A stretch of 63,815 nt of DNA, filler included, from Octopus bimaculoides (Eukaryota), in NCBI RefSeq assembly GCF_001194135.2. It is 8 parts of 7 records of this genome, joined end to end, with 100 filler letters (N's around TTAATTAATTAA, not from the genome) between each part and the next. Parts side by side here need not be neighbours in the genome. Positions count along the whole stretch, not along the records: positions 1 to 16,763 come from NW_026439247.1; 7 more parts are not named here. The stretch is one strand, 5' to 3'. The notes under the pieces are model-generated. The model did not search any database and was not told the origin of the DNA. It was given only the letters and a program-made list of their open reading frames with translations. Shown one piece after another: positions 1 to 10,794 of the stretch. Position numbers and translations under genes: made by a program. Position 1 is the stretch's first letter; each line of letters opens with the position of its first letter.

Positions 1-43
<43 letters not shown>

Positions 44-58
44 ATATATATGTATGTA

Positions 59-92
<34 letters not shown>

Positions 93-106
93 AAGAGATA
101 GAGAGA
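1..106. repeat. (TA)n followed by (GA)n microsatellite
   Basis: Directly visible dinucleotide runs. Confidence 0.95.
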
Positions 107-419
107 GTTTCTTCTGTAGTGTCTGCAGAGGTGGATGTTCGTCAAGACCCAGGCTTGTTAGTCACTAACAAAGCCACAAGTGTAAAGTGTAAAAAGTACA
201 CAGTATTCTTTGTGGCCAGAGATGTTCTTACTTGGCTATGTGTGGATTGCCATCACACATACACACATTCATATATAAGGAGAAGTAGATAGATATAACA
301 TATCATTTGTATTCCGAATGACCACCACAGTTGTGGTTATTTTCTAGGCATTGAGTGGATTTTGAGAGATATTTGCTTGAATAGATGAAATAATATTTAT
401 TCTTTTTTCATTATCCCAG

Positions 420-543
420 AAAGCTAAGAAAATTAATGACTTCGAAGATTTTGGTAAACTTGTGCAGTTCTTTAGCGGTCACTAATCTTATCTTTCTTGT
501 TGGGACACATCCTTATGCAACTGACATAACAGCAGTTTGTAAA
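420..543 (+). CDS. Internal coding exon of an adhesion (class B2) GPCR, ICL1-TM2-ECL1
   Basis: Pyrimidine tract with CAG acceptor at 417-419 and GTAAGT donor at 544. Translation KLRKLMTSKILVNLCSSLAVTNLIFLVGTHPYATDITAVCK follows the ADGRG-like pattern (e.g. GPR126 [26 protein letters not shown]). Ends in phase 0, matching the next exon. Confidence 0.88.
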
Positions 544-1321
544 GTAAGTAAAGACACATTTAAGCTAGTACATATTTTGTTTTGTATTAAACGTTATGAT
601 CAACTGTCTGTTTCCCCATACAGACTTCATCAAGTAACAGCCCAAACTACAGCTCTTTCCAGATTCTTCCAAAATCCCTAAATGTTACATTTAATGTTCA
701 TGTTGTCATCCTTGCATTTTTCATTTAACTAATGCTTCATTGTTTGATGATATTAATTTTCATGATTAGAAACATCAAGTCATATCTGATTTTAAACTAA
801 TCAAATTGTATTTCGTATACTGTCTTCTATATCTCTCCTTGCCTATAACGTCTAGCTCAGCGTTTTTCAAACGTTTTGACGGCAACCCACAGCAAGAACC
901 ACATTTTGCATTGCAAGCCATTACACCCATGTGTTTTGCCTTGCGACCCATTATACCCATGTTTTTTTCTTTCCTTCTTTTTTGTCACAACCCACTGAAG
1001 AGTTGGGACCCACAGTTTGAAAAATGCTGGTTTAGCCTATCCCACATGTCTGTGTCAGTCCAACAGTGTTTGAAGTGTATTGCATTTCTTTAAGCCCTTC
1101 TAGCTAATAGAGCAACAAATATTGTTATTGTTGTCACTGTTTCAAATTTTAGAAGAAAGTGGGTAATTTTTTGAAGAGAGGAGATTAGTCAATACCATTG
1201 ACCCCGATGTTTGCCTGATACTTTAATTTACCAATTCCAGATGTATGAAAGACCAAATTGACTTCTTTCAGCCCTCTGTGGATCATCTTTTCCTTTTACT
1301 CCATTCATCATAAAGACCGAC

Positions 1322-1472
1322 AAAATGCTTAGCGGCATTTTATCTGTCTTTATGTACTGAGTTCAAATTCCACCAAGGTCGACTTTGCTTTTCATCCTTA
1401 CGAGGTTGATAAAATAGTACCAGTTGAACACTTGTGGCAAAAATTTAAAATAATAATAATGATAATAATAAT
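1322..1472 (+). mobile_element. SINE family B fragment ending in a (TAA)n tail
   Basis: Shares GAGTTCAAATTCC..AGGTCGACTTTGC.TTTCATCCTT.CG.GGT.GATAAA.TAGTACCAGTTG with the 34130-34350 copy; followed by TAA repeats. Confidence 0.75.
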
Positions 1473-4368
1473 ATGGAAGGCAATGGAACTGTTCAAAATT
1501 ACTGAACAGAGATTATGTGACCAAGCAAGAGCAATACAAAAGAATGGATGGTTAACAGAATTGGAGCTAGAAGCTATAAAAGGAAGGATATCAGGTGAGG
1601 TTGGCCATGTGAGAAATGAAAGTGGTATAGTGGAAGGGATGGATAATTGTTTGCAAGAATATAATACCATGAATTGTGATCAGTGATTACTCAAATAATG
1701 AGGATCAATTATTAATAGACAGAATTTTGGATCTATTAAATATAGAAGGGACAGAGTTTATGTGCAACTTGAAGAAGGCTAACCAATGGAGATTAAATCA
1801 AGAGACGAATAAGGTCAATATTGTACTGAGACATATTGAAACAAAGAACATCACACAAACAAATAATCTTATCAAGGCTGCTGGTAGGATTGTGGCAGAA
1901 AGGATGGGATTGATAACTACTGAGAATAGAACAGCAATGAATAGAAGAGGAAATAAACAACTGTGGTGGAAAAGGAGAATTTCTGAAAAAAATAAACTCC
2001 TTGAACAATGTAGTGTCAATACTTGTCAGGAAAAGAAATGGAGAACTTAAGAATGAATGGAAATTTGAAAAAGTTAGGAAGAAATATGGTGTAGATACAA
2101 AAGGCCTGAATGTTGTAATTGAAGAACTGAAGCAGTGCATACATGCCAAGAAAGCAAAGCTAACTGGGTTTGAACAACGGATTAAGCAATGTCAGCAAAA
2201 TGAATTGTTTAGAACCAACCCCAAACGATTTTATGAAGAGATTAATAACGATGAAAAACTTGAAAGATTAGTTCCTGATGCTGATGGAAGTCCTCTTTTT
2301 GGGGTAAAAGGTGGAGTAAGCAAGAACAACATAATATTACAGCTGAATGGCTCTACAGACTGAAGCAAACAGCTTCTTATCCTCAGCAAGAGGTTATACA
2401 CTTCACAGAAGACAGTATTAGAAATATGAGTAAAAAGACAAGCAGCAGAACTTGATGATGTGCATGGATTTTGGATAAAAAAAGTTCAGTTATTGCCATA
2501 ATTTGACCGCAGCACAATTTAATGCATTGATCAATGGAGAAGAAATCCCAGGCTGGTTGGCAGAAAGGCAAATGGTATTGTGTCTGAAGGATGCATCAAA
2601 GGGAAATACTGCTGCCAATTACCAGTTTTTTGCCTTCCATTAATGTAGAAGTTACTGTCAGGAGGAATTGCAGAAGAGCTGTACAAATTTCTTGATGAGA
2701 ATGATATATTACCGCTGGAACAAAAAGGCTGTAGAAGGAGATGCAGAGATACCAAAGATCAACTACTGATAGACAAAATGGTAATGCGAGATTGTAAATG
2801 AAGGAGAACAAATCTGGGAATGATCTAGATTGACTATTGCAAAGCTGATGATATGATTCCACATTCATGGATCATCAAGTGCTTATATCTCTTTGGAATT
2901 GTGAGGAATGTAAAGTGTTTCCTGAAGAGAAGTATGGTGGGATGGAAAACTGAACTGACATCTTACAGAAAAAGCTTGGGCACACTGGATATCAGAAGAG
3001 GGATTTTCCAGGGTGACAACCTATTTCTGTTGCATTTTGTTCTGTGCATGATACCCCTGACCTTTGTACTCAGGAAAATGAACCTGAGGTACCAACTAAA
3101 GGGAAAATCCCAAACAATCAACCACCTCCTCTTCATGGAGGATTTGAAGTTGTATGGCAAAAATGAGACACAAGTGAGTTCCATGGTGAACACGGCCCAA
3201 CGTTTTAGTACTGATGTTATAATGGTATTTGGACTCAAGAAGTGCAGAATAATCTACTTAAAAAGAGGCAAGGTACACTCCTTAGTAGGGATTGAATTAC
3301 CAGATAGAGACTTGATTAAGTAAATTGAAATGGAAGATGTACTAGAGTACAACGAGATAATGGAAAATGAAATGAAAGAGCAACTGAGGATGGAGTATTT
3401 CCGAAGACTTAGGTTGGTGTTATGCTAAAAATTGACTGGATGGAATAAAATCCAAATAGTTAATACGTGGATGATAACATCACTTTGGTAAGGAGTGGGA
3501 ATTATAAAATGACAAAAGAGAGAAATGAAGAAAATGGATAACAAGACCAGAAAAATGTTGACAGCAAATGGAGCCTTCCACCCTAAGAGTGATACCAATA
3601 AGCTATACTTGTCCAGAAGACAGGGTGGGGGAGGCTTGATCAGTTGCCAGGAGTATCAAAGCAGAGGAAAACAGCCTAGGGTAGTATATAAAAAATGCCG
3701 TGTAGCCACTGTTGAAACATACGAAGAAGACTGGCATCATCAAACCTGAAAAATGTGTAACTAAAGAAAAATTTAAACAAATGAAGGAACAAAAAAAAAA
3801 GAAAAAGCATGGAAGGAAAAAAAAATATGTATGGTCAGTTTGCAAGAGACGTGAATGCCAAGACAAATACAGAGGACCGGTGGCTATGGATGAGGAGGAG
3901 AGACCTCATTTGTGCGGCTGAAGAACAAGCGTTAAGTACCACTTATATGAAGTGCAGAATTGACAACACCACTGATAACAACAAATGCAGAATGTGTGGT
4001 GAGAGGGGTGAAACGGTACGGCACATTGTTAGCAAATGCCTGGAATTGGTACAATGTAAATACAAATGACACAATGACATTGTGGCAAGAACAATCCATT
4101 GGGAGCTCTGTGGAAATCACGGCCTACAAAGATCAAAGACGTGGTATGAGAAAACCCCAGTAGGAGTCACTGAAAATGAGAACTTTCCCCACTTTAAATT
4201 GTCATAGTTGTTCATTTTTTCTTATTTCGCATTAATCCTGTTGTCACCAGGGCATACTATGTCAATTATTATACATGTTCATTCTTTTTTTATTCACCAC
4301 AACAATGTCCAGTTTTCTATGTCTGGTCTGGTGATCACACTGGATCATTACATCCTACAGGATTTTGC
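1473..4368 (+). mobile_element. Degenerate R4/Dong-clade non-LTR retrotransposon (RT, CCHC, RLE), copy 1; last ~185 bp inverted
   Basis: Frameshifted segments TEQRLCDQARAIQKNGWLTELELE, RRGIFQGDNL, NHLLFMEDLKLY, FHPKSDT, CRMCGERGETVRHIVSKC. The RLE segment (KLDIVVVNKKE..IIDIVCPGD) is on the - strand at 4185-4368. Confidence 0.9.
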
Positions 4369-4904
4369 AATTATTATTATTATTGAGAGAGAGAGAGCAG
4401 TATATGCCATTAAAGTGACACTGATGTAAAATATACAATGCCAGTATACCAATCATGACTACCTGTCAGTTAAGGGTACACCAGGCAAATGCATCACAAT
4501 CACACATGTGCACAACATGGTGATCTCATATCAAAATAAACATCGCATGACCTTGCAGGTGGGGCCCAGTTAGAATTTTCTTCAGGCTGAGTAGCCCATC
4601 CTACTCATAAGGTACCTGAATAAGGTTTGTTTAAAAATGATGAATGAAACACCCATATTTCCAGAGGTGAATAATCCAAATCCCAAAGAACTCCTCTCAA
4701 CACATGGCTATCATGCTCCCCCACTACTTTTGCTTGTAATCAGAGATGCACATATTGTCAGCCACTAAGGGACTTGCTCAACTGGTTAAGATCAAACAAC
4801 TGAATCTGTGGTATTGAGCAGAATATTTGCTGTAGCCCATCTTTTATACCAAGACAAAACAATGTACATGATAACACTTCCAATTTGTTAAGATAAGAAG
4901 CCTT

Positions 4905-7073
4905 ATTATTTTATTGTCTTTGCACAGCTTCCAATGCTGGAGATGTACTACAGTGTCAGCTGTTCACTACCAGTGCACTAAGATATCCCCCCTTATTTTT
5001 CGAGCACCTTCTGAAGTATTTGAGTGGTTCACCCTTATTGCAGCCCCTATTTGTTCTATGTACTTCTCAAGATTTTTACTCACTGTTCCTAGGGCTCCAA
5101 CAATTATTGGTACTACTAACACCTTTTTCAGTGACCACAACTGCTTAACTTCCCAAGCTAACCTGTCATATCTTTCAACTTTTCTTTCTGCCTTATCACA
5201 TACCTTGTTGTCATCTGGGCATGCTATATCTATCATCCAGAATCATTTGCTTTCTTTCTCAATTAACACTATGTCTGGTTTCCTATTCTCTATCTCATGG
5301 TCGCACTGAATCATAAAATCCCACAGGATCTTTGCATTATCTTTTTCGATGATGCCTTCGGGTTTATGTTCATACCACTTTTTTGCTCCGTCAACTCCAT
5401 ACTTGTTGCAAAGTGTCCAATGGATAATCCTTGCTATGTTGTCATGATGTCTCATATTCTTTCTGGGCTGGTGGCATACATTAACTGGTAATATGCCATA
5501 TGGTTTCACTATTTTGTCCTCAAATTCTGCACATATCACTTTCTGATGTGTTGTCTATTCTGTATTTGATATAATTGGTTTTTAATGCTTAGTCTTGGGC
5601 AGCTCATATTAGAGCCTCTGTTTCCAGCTTTAGATCATGTTTAGTCATCCATAGCTATCTTTCTTCTCTGTCTGTCTATTCTTCAACATCCCTATGAAAT
5701 AGTCCATGCATTCTTTTCTTTATCCACTATTTTCAGTTTCATTCATTCTCAAGTCCTTGTACAGTGCTTTATCTTTGCAATCTTCCATCCTACACACGCC
5801 TGACCTTCTAACTTCCAGTCTGTCTATGTCACTTTTTGGGTGGAGCATCCCATATCTAGTCAGCAACTTCCTTGTCTTTCTGTCTAAGCTGCTTAGTTCA
5901 TCTACTGTCCATGCAATTATCCCTGCTCTATATCTAGCGAAATCACTCAGGTGTTGTTAGCTTCAATCATATTCCGTCCATTTAATTTCGACAACCTTTT
6001 CGTTACTGTATTTATTTTGAGATGCTCTGTTTCTTTCACTTAATTTTAAATATAACAAAGAATTTAGTAAAATCACTTAGTTATCATTCAGCTAGTGTTA
6101 GGAATATAAATTATGGTTTGGTGGACAGAGCTAGAGGCGGTTTCAGTCGGGTTGGTAAAAAAGGGTTAAGGATCAATCTCATTCTGCACAAGTACTCTAC
6201 CTTAAATTTTTCTATCATTTCTTTCTCCATCAATTTATCCATTTCCAATATCCCCAAGTACTTATAGCCTGTCTCTTCTATCTGCTTCATAACCTCCCCC
6301 GACAGTATCCCTAGCACAGTCATACATTTGATTTTGTTTCTCTTCAAGACTAACACACCACACTTTTTCAGTCCGAACTACATTCTGATATCAGCACTGA
6401 AAGTATACACCGTATCAACGAGGGAACTGACTTGGGATTCATCTTTACCATAAAGTTTGAGGTCATCTATGAATAATAAGTGGTTGACTTTTTTGTTGGC
6501 GGCTCTTGAATATATACCCAGCCTTTGCTTTCCTCAGAATCAGTGTTAGTGGTATCATGTACTGTACAAAGATCAGTGGGGACAGGCGGTCCCCTTGGAA
6601 GATGCCTCTCCTGATTTCTATTGTCCCTAAACTTCTTCCATGTGCTATCAGTTCCGTCCTCCACTTTGCCATACTTTTTCCAAGTAATCACTCAACATTC
6701 AATGCAATACCAAATAGGTTCATATATTCCATAATCCAAGAATGTGGGATCATATCGTACACTTTATGATAATCAATCCATGACAGATAAGTTAGTTTTC
6801 CTCCTGTTGCAGTCTCTAAGTACAGTTTTGTTTACCAAGAGTTGATCCTTGGTACCTCTGCACTTATGCTTGCACCCCTTCTGCTCATGTGGCAGGACTC
6901 CATTTTTTCCAGATGTCTGTACATTGACTCTGCAACTATTCCAGCCAAGAATTTCTACATAAGTGGCAAACAGGATATCAGCCTGTAATTGTCTACGGTA
7001 TAGCCTTTTACAATATTTTTCAAGCACAACACTGTCATACTCATTGTCAACCACTCTGGTGTTACCTGGCTGG

Positions 7074-7075
<2 letters not shown>
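4905..7075 (-). mobile_element. 5'-truncated R4/Dong-clade LINE, copy 2, with TAA-type repeats at both ends
   Basis: RRGIFQGDRLSPLIF, YKYLGILE, RHHDNIARIIHWTLCNKYG, RKPDIVLIEK, IDIACPDD..K..RY, VVPIIVGALG (RT through RLE). (ATT)n at 7076-7127 and a short ATT tail near 4905. Confidence 0.9.
5995..6165. mobile_element. piggyBac-type MITE nested in R4 copy 2
   Basis: Ends CCTTTTCGTTAC and GGTAAAAAAGGG followed by TTAA (6166-6169). Interrupts the LINE frame at RLIL|KSKLNG. Interior aligns by eye with 26580-26782. Confidence 0.7.

Positions 7076-7127
<52 letters not shown>
7076..7127. repeat. (ATT)n microsatellite
   Basis: About 17 perfect ATT units. Confidence 0.95.
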
Positions 7128-7128
<1 letters not shown>

Positions 7129-7290
7129 TAGTTTTATTTTTATAACGTGCTTTCACTTCACTACCGAGCGCAGCTCTGTGCGCCTTGGGTATGTGCTGTG
7201 GTTTGCTGTGGTGCTCTTATGTTTACTGTATTGAAAGTGTTTTGCGTAGAATGTGTGCAGTACCCAGTAGTGCAATTTTCTGTATGTTAT
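7128..7290 (-). mobile_element. Very short R4-type 3' end between two (TAA)n runs
   Basis: The - strand reads IQKIALLGTAHILRKTLSIQ*, the R4/Dong C-terminal motif, then a short 3' UTR running into TAA repeats. Confidence 0.75.
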
Positions 7291-7303
7291 ATTATTATTA
7301 TTA

Positions 7304-7337
<34 letters not shown>

Positions 7338-8164
7338 GTGATGAAAACTCACAGCTTATTTTGCTGGAAAGTGTCAGCTGTCCACAGCCAGCAGACTAAG
7401 GTGACCCTTGTTTACTGGTCATGCTTCAAGAACCCTGCAAAGAATTCTTCCAGTTCCAAGCAATGCTGATTTTTGCAGGTATTCTACCTTGCACCAATCT
7501 TTTTTAGCCATATTGGTAACTACCAACATGGCTAAACTGAGTGCTGATGCTTCCAAGTGCACCAATTACTATTGGTAAGTTGTCTACTCTCTTCACTGAC
7601 CATAACCTTCGTATTTTCCACTTCAAATCATCAAATTCTCTATCTTCAGGTCACTCTCCCTCATCCATAGCCACCAGTCCTCTGTATCTATCTTGGCATT
7701 CACATCTCCTGCAAACTGACCGTACATTTTTCCTTCCATGCTTTTTCTTTTTTTGTGTTCTTTTGTTTAAATTTTTCTTTCATTGCACAATTTTCAGTTT
7801 TGATGGCATCAGCCTTCTTCATGTTTCAGTAATGGCTCCCTGGCATTTTTTTTTATACCACCCTAAGCTATTTCCCTCTGCTTTGATACACTCCTGGTGA
7901 CTGATCAAGCCTCTCGCACCCTTTCTTCTGGACAAGTACAGCCTATCGGTGTCACTCTTAGGGTGAAAGACTCCTTATGCTATCAACATTTTTTCTGGTT
8001 TTGGTATCCATTTTCTTCATTTCTTTCTTTTCCCATTTCATAATTCCTGCTCCATACATAATTGATGCTATCACCCATGTATTAAATGCTTGGATTTTAT
8101 TCTATCCAGTCAATCTTGAGTGCAACGCCAACCTTAGTCTTCAGAAATACTCCATCCTCAGTTG
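7338..8164 (-). mobile_element. R4/Dong-clade LINE copy 3, 5'-truncated with an internal deletion
   Basis: KIQAFNTWV..MYGAGI, FHPKSDTDRLYLSRR, YGQFA.DV, LWSVKRVD..PIVIGALG, EYLQKSALLGTGRILCRVL*. Visibly similar to copy 1 at 3385-3900 in reverse orientation. Confidence 0.88.
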
Positions 8165-8805
8165 TCAATGGCCGACAATGCATCCTCTTCTGTAACGTCA
8201 ATGTAATTGATGGTTGCCTTTTTCTCTTGTAGGTTGAAGAACTCATCAGGTCTGTTTATTTTCATGTTTTCTAGTGTGGAGGTGAAAACACTTTGGAATT
8301 GTTTATTGAGTGCCTCACTTATTTTCTTGTGGTCAGCAGTCACTGAGCCCTTTTCATCAAACAGCAGCCCTATCCTGTATCGCACTGAGGCAAACTCTTT
8401 TGCAAACTTGTAGATGGCTTTAGGGTTTCATTTTATACTTTCCACCATCCTGACTTCTCTGTTTACTCTTTCTTTTTCATGGAAGAGTCTGATTTTATTC
8501 TCAGTTTCTAAGAGCGCCATTTTGAGGTTAGCTTTTTTTGTTGTCATTAGGCTCCTTATTTAAGGAGTTCAAGATCTTTATCCTCTGTCCCATTAGGATT
8601 CTCCTATCTCAGGGAATAATGCTTTTATGTGTGTTGGCTTTCTTTGGGACAAACTTAATGCATATATCTCACATTATTGACATGAATTCATTGAAATTCA
8701 TGTCAGTGTCTTGCATGGACAGACTTTTAAGCCAGTTTTGTTGGAGTATCTCTTTGTTGATAGACTTCAAGTCAGCCTTGTAGAAGTTCAGGTTGGCTAG
8801 CACTT
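8165..8805 (-). mobile_element. CR1/L2-group LINE ORF2 fragment (linker between endonuclease and RT)
   Basis: LNFYKADLKSINKEI..NW, FVPKK, NPKAIYKFAK, ISEALNKQFQSVFT, IDVTEEDALSAID; typical CR1-clade pre-RT pattern. Confidence 0.75.
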
Positions 8806-8808
8806 GGG

Positions 8809-8866
8809 AGAGAAAAAAGGAGAGAAAAAAAGGAGAGAAAAAAAGGAGAGAAAAAAAGGAGAGAAA
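8809..8866 (+). repeat. 13-bp tandem repeat (AAAAAAAGGAGAG)n
   Basis: About four near-identical units visible. Confidence 0.85.
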
Positions 8867-9889
8867 TATATATATATATATATAATAATATTAGGGACAA
8901 AATCCAAAATTACAGGTAAAAAACTCAATTAAAATCAATTTATAAAAAATTAAAATTAAATTGAGCCTTATAGATAAAGTATATATAAAATATATAGTTT
9001 TAGGGAAAATAACCAATTTTCAAGAACTCATCGATGAAAATCCACTATCACATATAGAAAAATTAATAATTAAAAGCACAATAAATGAGTATAATATAAA
9101 GTAAAGTAATATAAAGTAAAGTAAATANNNNNNNNNNNNNNNNNNNNNNNNNNNNNNNNNNNNNNNNNNNNNNNNNNNNNNNNNNNNNNNNNNNNNNNNN
9201 NNNNNNNNNNNNNNNNNNNNNNNNNNNNNNNNNNNNNNNNNNNNNNNNNNNNNNNNNNNNNNNNNNNNNNNNNNNNNNNNNNNNNNNNNNNNNNNNNNNN
9301 NNNNNNNNNNNNNNNNNNNTATATATATATATATATGTATGTATATGTATATATACACACACTCATACATACATATACCCATTTAAGTACATCTATGCAT
9401 GGGCATACATATGCATCTGAGAGTGCATGAATGTGTGTGTGCATGTGTTCATTTGTTTATGTGTTTTAGATCAATGAAATCATTTTATTGTATATAACAA
9501 TATATCCTGTTTGTGTGTGTGTGTGTGAAATTGATAAATATAATTTACGATAAAAATCTAATTTCATTTTCATTAAAATATTGGTGTATTCAGAGCTCAC
9601 TGCTGTTTGCTGCCTCTGACTGTCCCTCACTGAGCATACTGCATGATCCACAGGGACATACTTTGCATTTTATTATGTTAGGTTATTATTACGATATCCC
9701 TTTCTGTACTAAAACGTCTCTAAATTCTGTGTTGAAATTTCAGCAGGGCCTATTTCAAAATTCATCCTTCTGAGCTTAATACCATAAAATATCAATCAAT
9801 TACTGACTTCCATAGAATTAACTATACCCCATCCTTGCAAGAGGCCAAATTTACATCAATGCTAGAAATCATTGTTGTTGTTGTTGCAG

Positions 9890-10034
9890 GCAGTGGCTGT
9901 TGTGTTACACTACTTCCTTATGACATCTATCATGTGGACGACTATTGAGGCACTTCATGTTTTTCTAGCTGTGGTTGTTGTATTCAAAGTGTTTGAGAAA
10001 TCTTTTATGAGGAGGAGTTTAATTTTGGCCTGGG
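9890..10034 (+). CDS. Next coding exon of the same adhesion GPCR, TM3-ICL2-start of TM4
   Basis: TTGTTGCAG acceptor (9887-9889) and GTATGT donor (10035). Translation AVAVVLHYFLMTSIMWTTIEALHVFLAVVVVFKVFEKSFMRRSLILAW(G) matches the aGPCR motif AVAVLLHYFLL..F.WM.LEA.H.Y.ALV.VF. Phase 0 start joins the upstream exon in frame (VCK|AVA); ends phase 1 in the WG motif. Confidence 0.92.
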
Positions 10035-10426
10035 GTATGTATAATGTTTTTATTTTCTGTATTTATGTATAATGTTTTTATTATAGAACATTGCTCTATG
10101 CTATGAATCCTATATCCTTATCAATCTTACTTTCTTTAAAAACAGTTTTGAAACTAGAAATTAAAATAATATTGCTTGAAAAAAAAAAACAAATGAAACT
10201 CCACTCCAATCTGGATTTGAGATCTGTTTCACAGTAAATCCACATTTACAAATCCAAGAGCATTACACCCTGATCAAAAACATCACTCTCCTGTTGTTGA
10301 TCTGTTAAGCTTGAGGTCAACACTAAAATCAATCTCACCAATTATTGAAGATAATCCTGTCCAAACCATCCGGTCAATAGATCAAACACTACATGGCACA
10401 GTTTGTTCTATTTTTCATGATTGTAC

Positions 10427-10640
10427 TCTTTTACTTGTTTCAGTCATTTCACTGTGGCCATACTGGAGCACCGCTTTTTTAGTCAAGCTAATTGACCCCA
10501 GGACTTATTCTTTGTAAGCCTAGTGCTTATTCTATCGGTCTCTTTTGCCAAACCACTAAGTTACAGGGATGTAAACACACCACCATCGGGTGTCAAGCGA
10601 TATTGGGGGGACAAACACAGACACACAAACACATATACTC
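10427..10640 (-). mobile_element. SINE family A, 3' half
   Basis: Reverse complement of the 36860-37064 part of the full copy. Confidence 0.85.
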
Positions 10641-10794
10641 ACATACATATATATATATATATATACATATAGATTTTTGTGAAAGGAATTAAATCTCTGA
10701 CAGTTTAAATATTACACTATTACTGTGTAATGCCCATAAAGTGTGTAAATGTCCACGAGATGCTGGATACCATACATGTGTGTGTGTGTGTATG

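Noticed and set aside
4430-4900. Sequence that looks like an interspersed repeat between R4 copies
   Set aside because: No second copy or diagnostic motif in this window, so it cannot be classified here.
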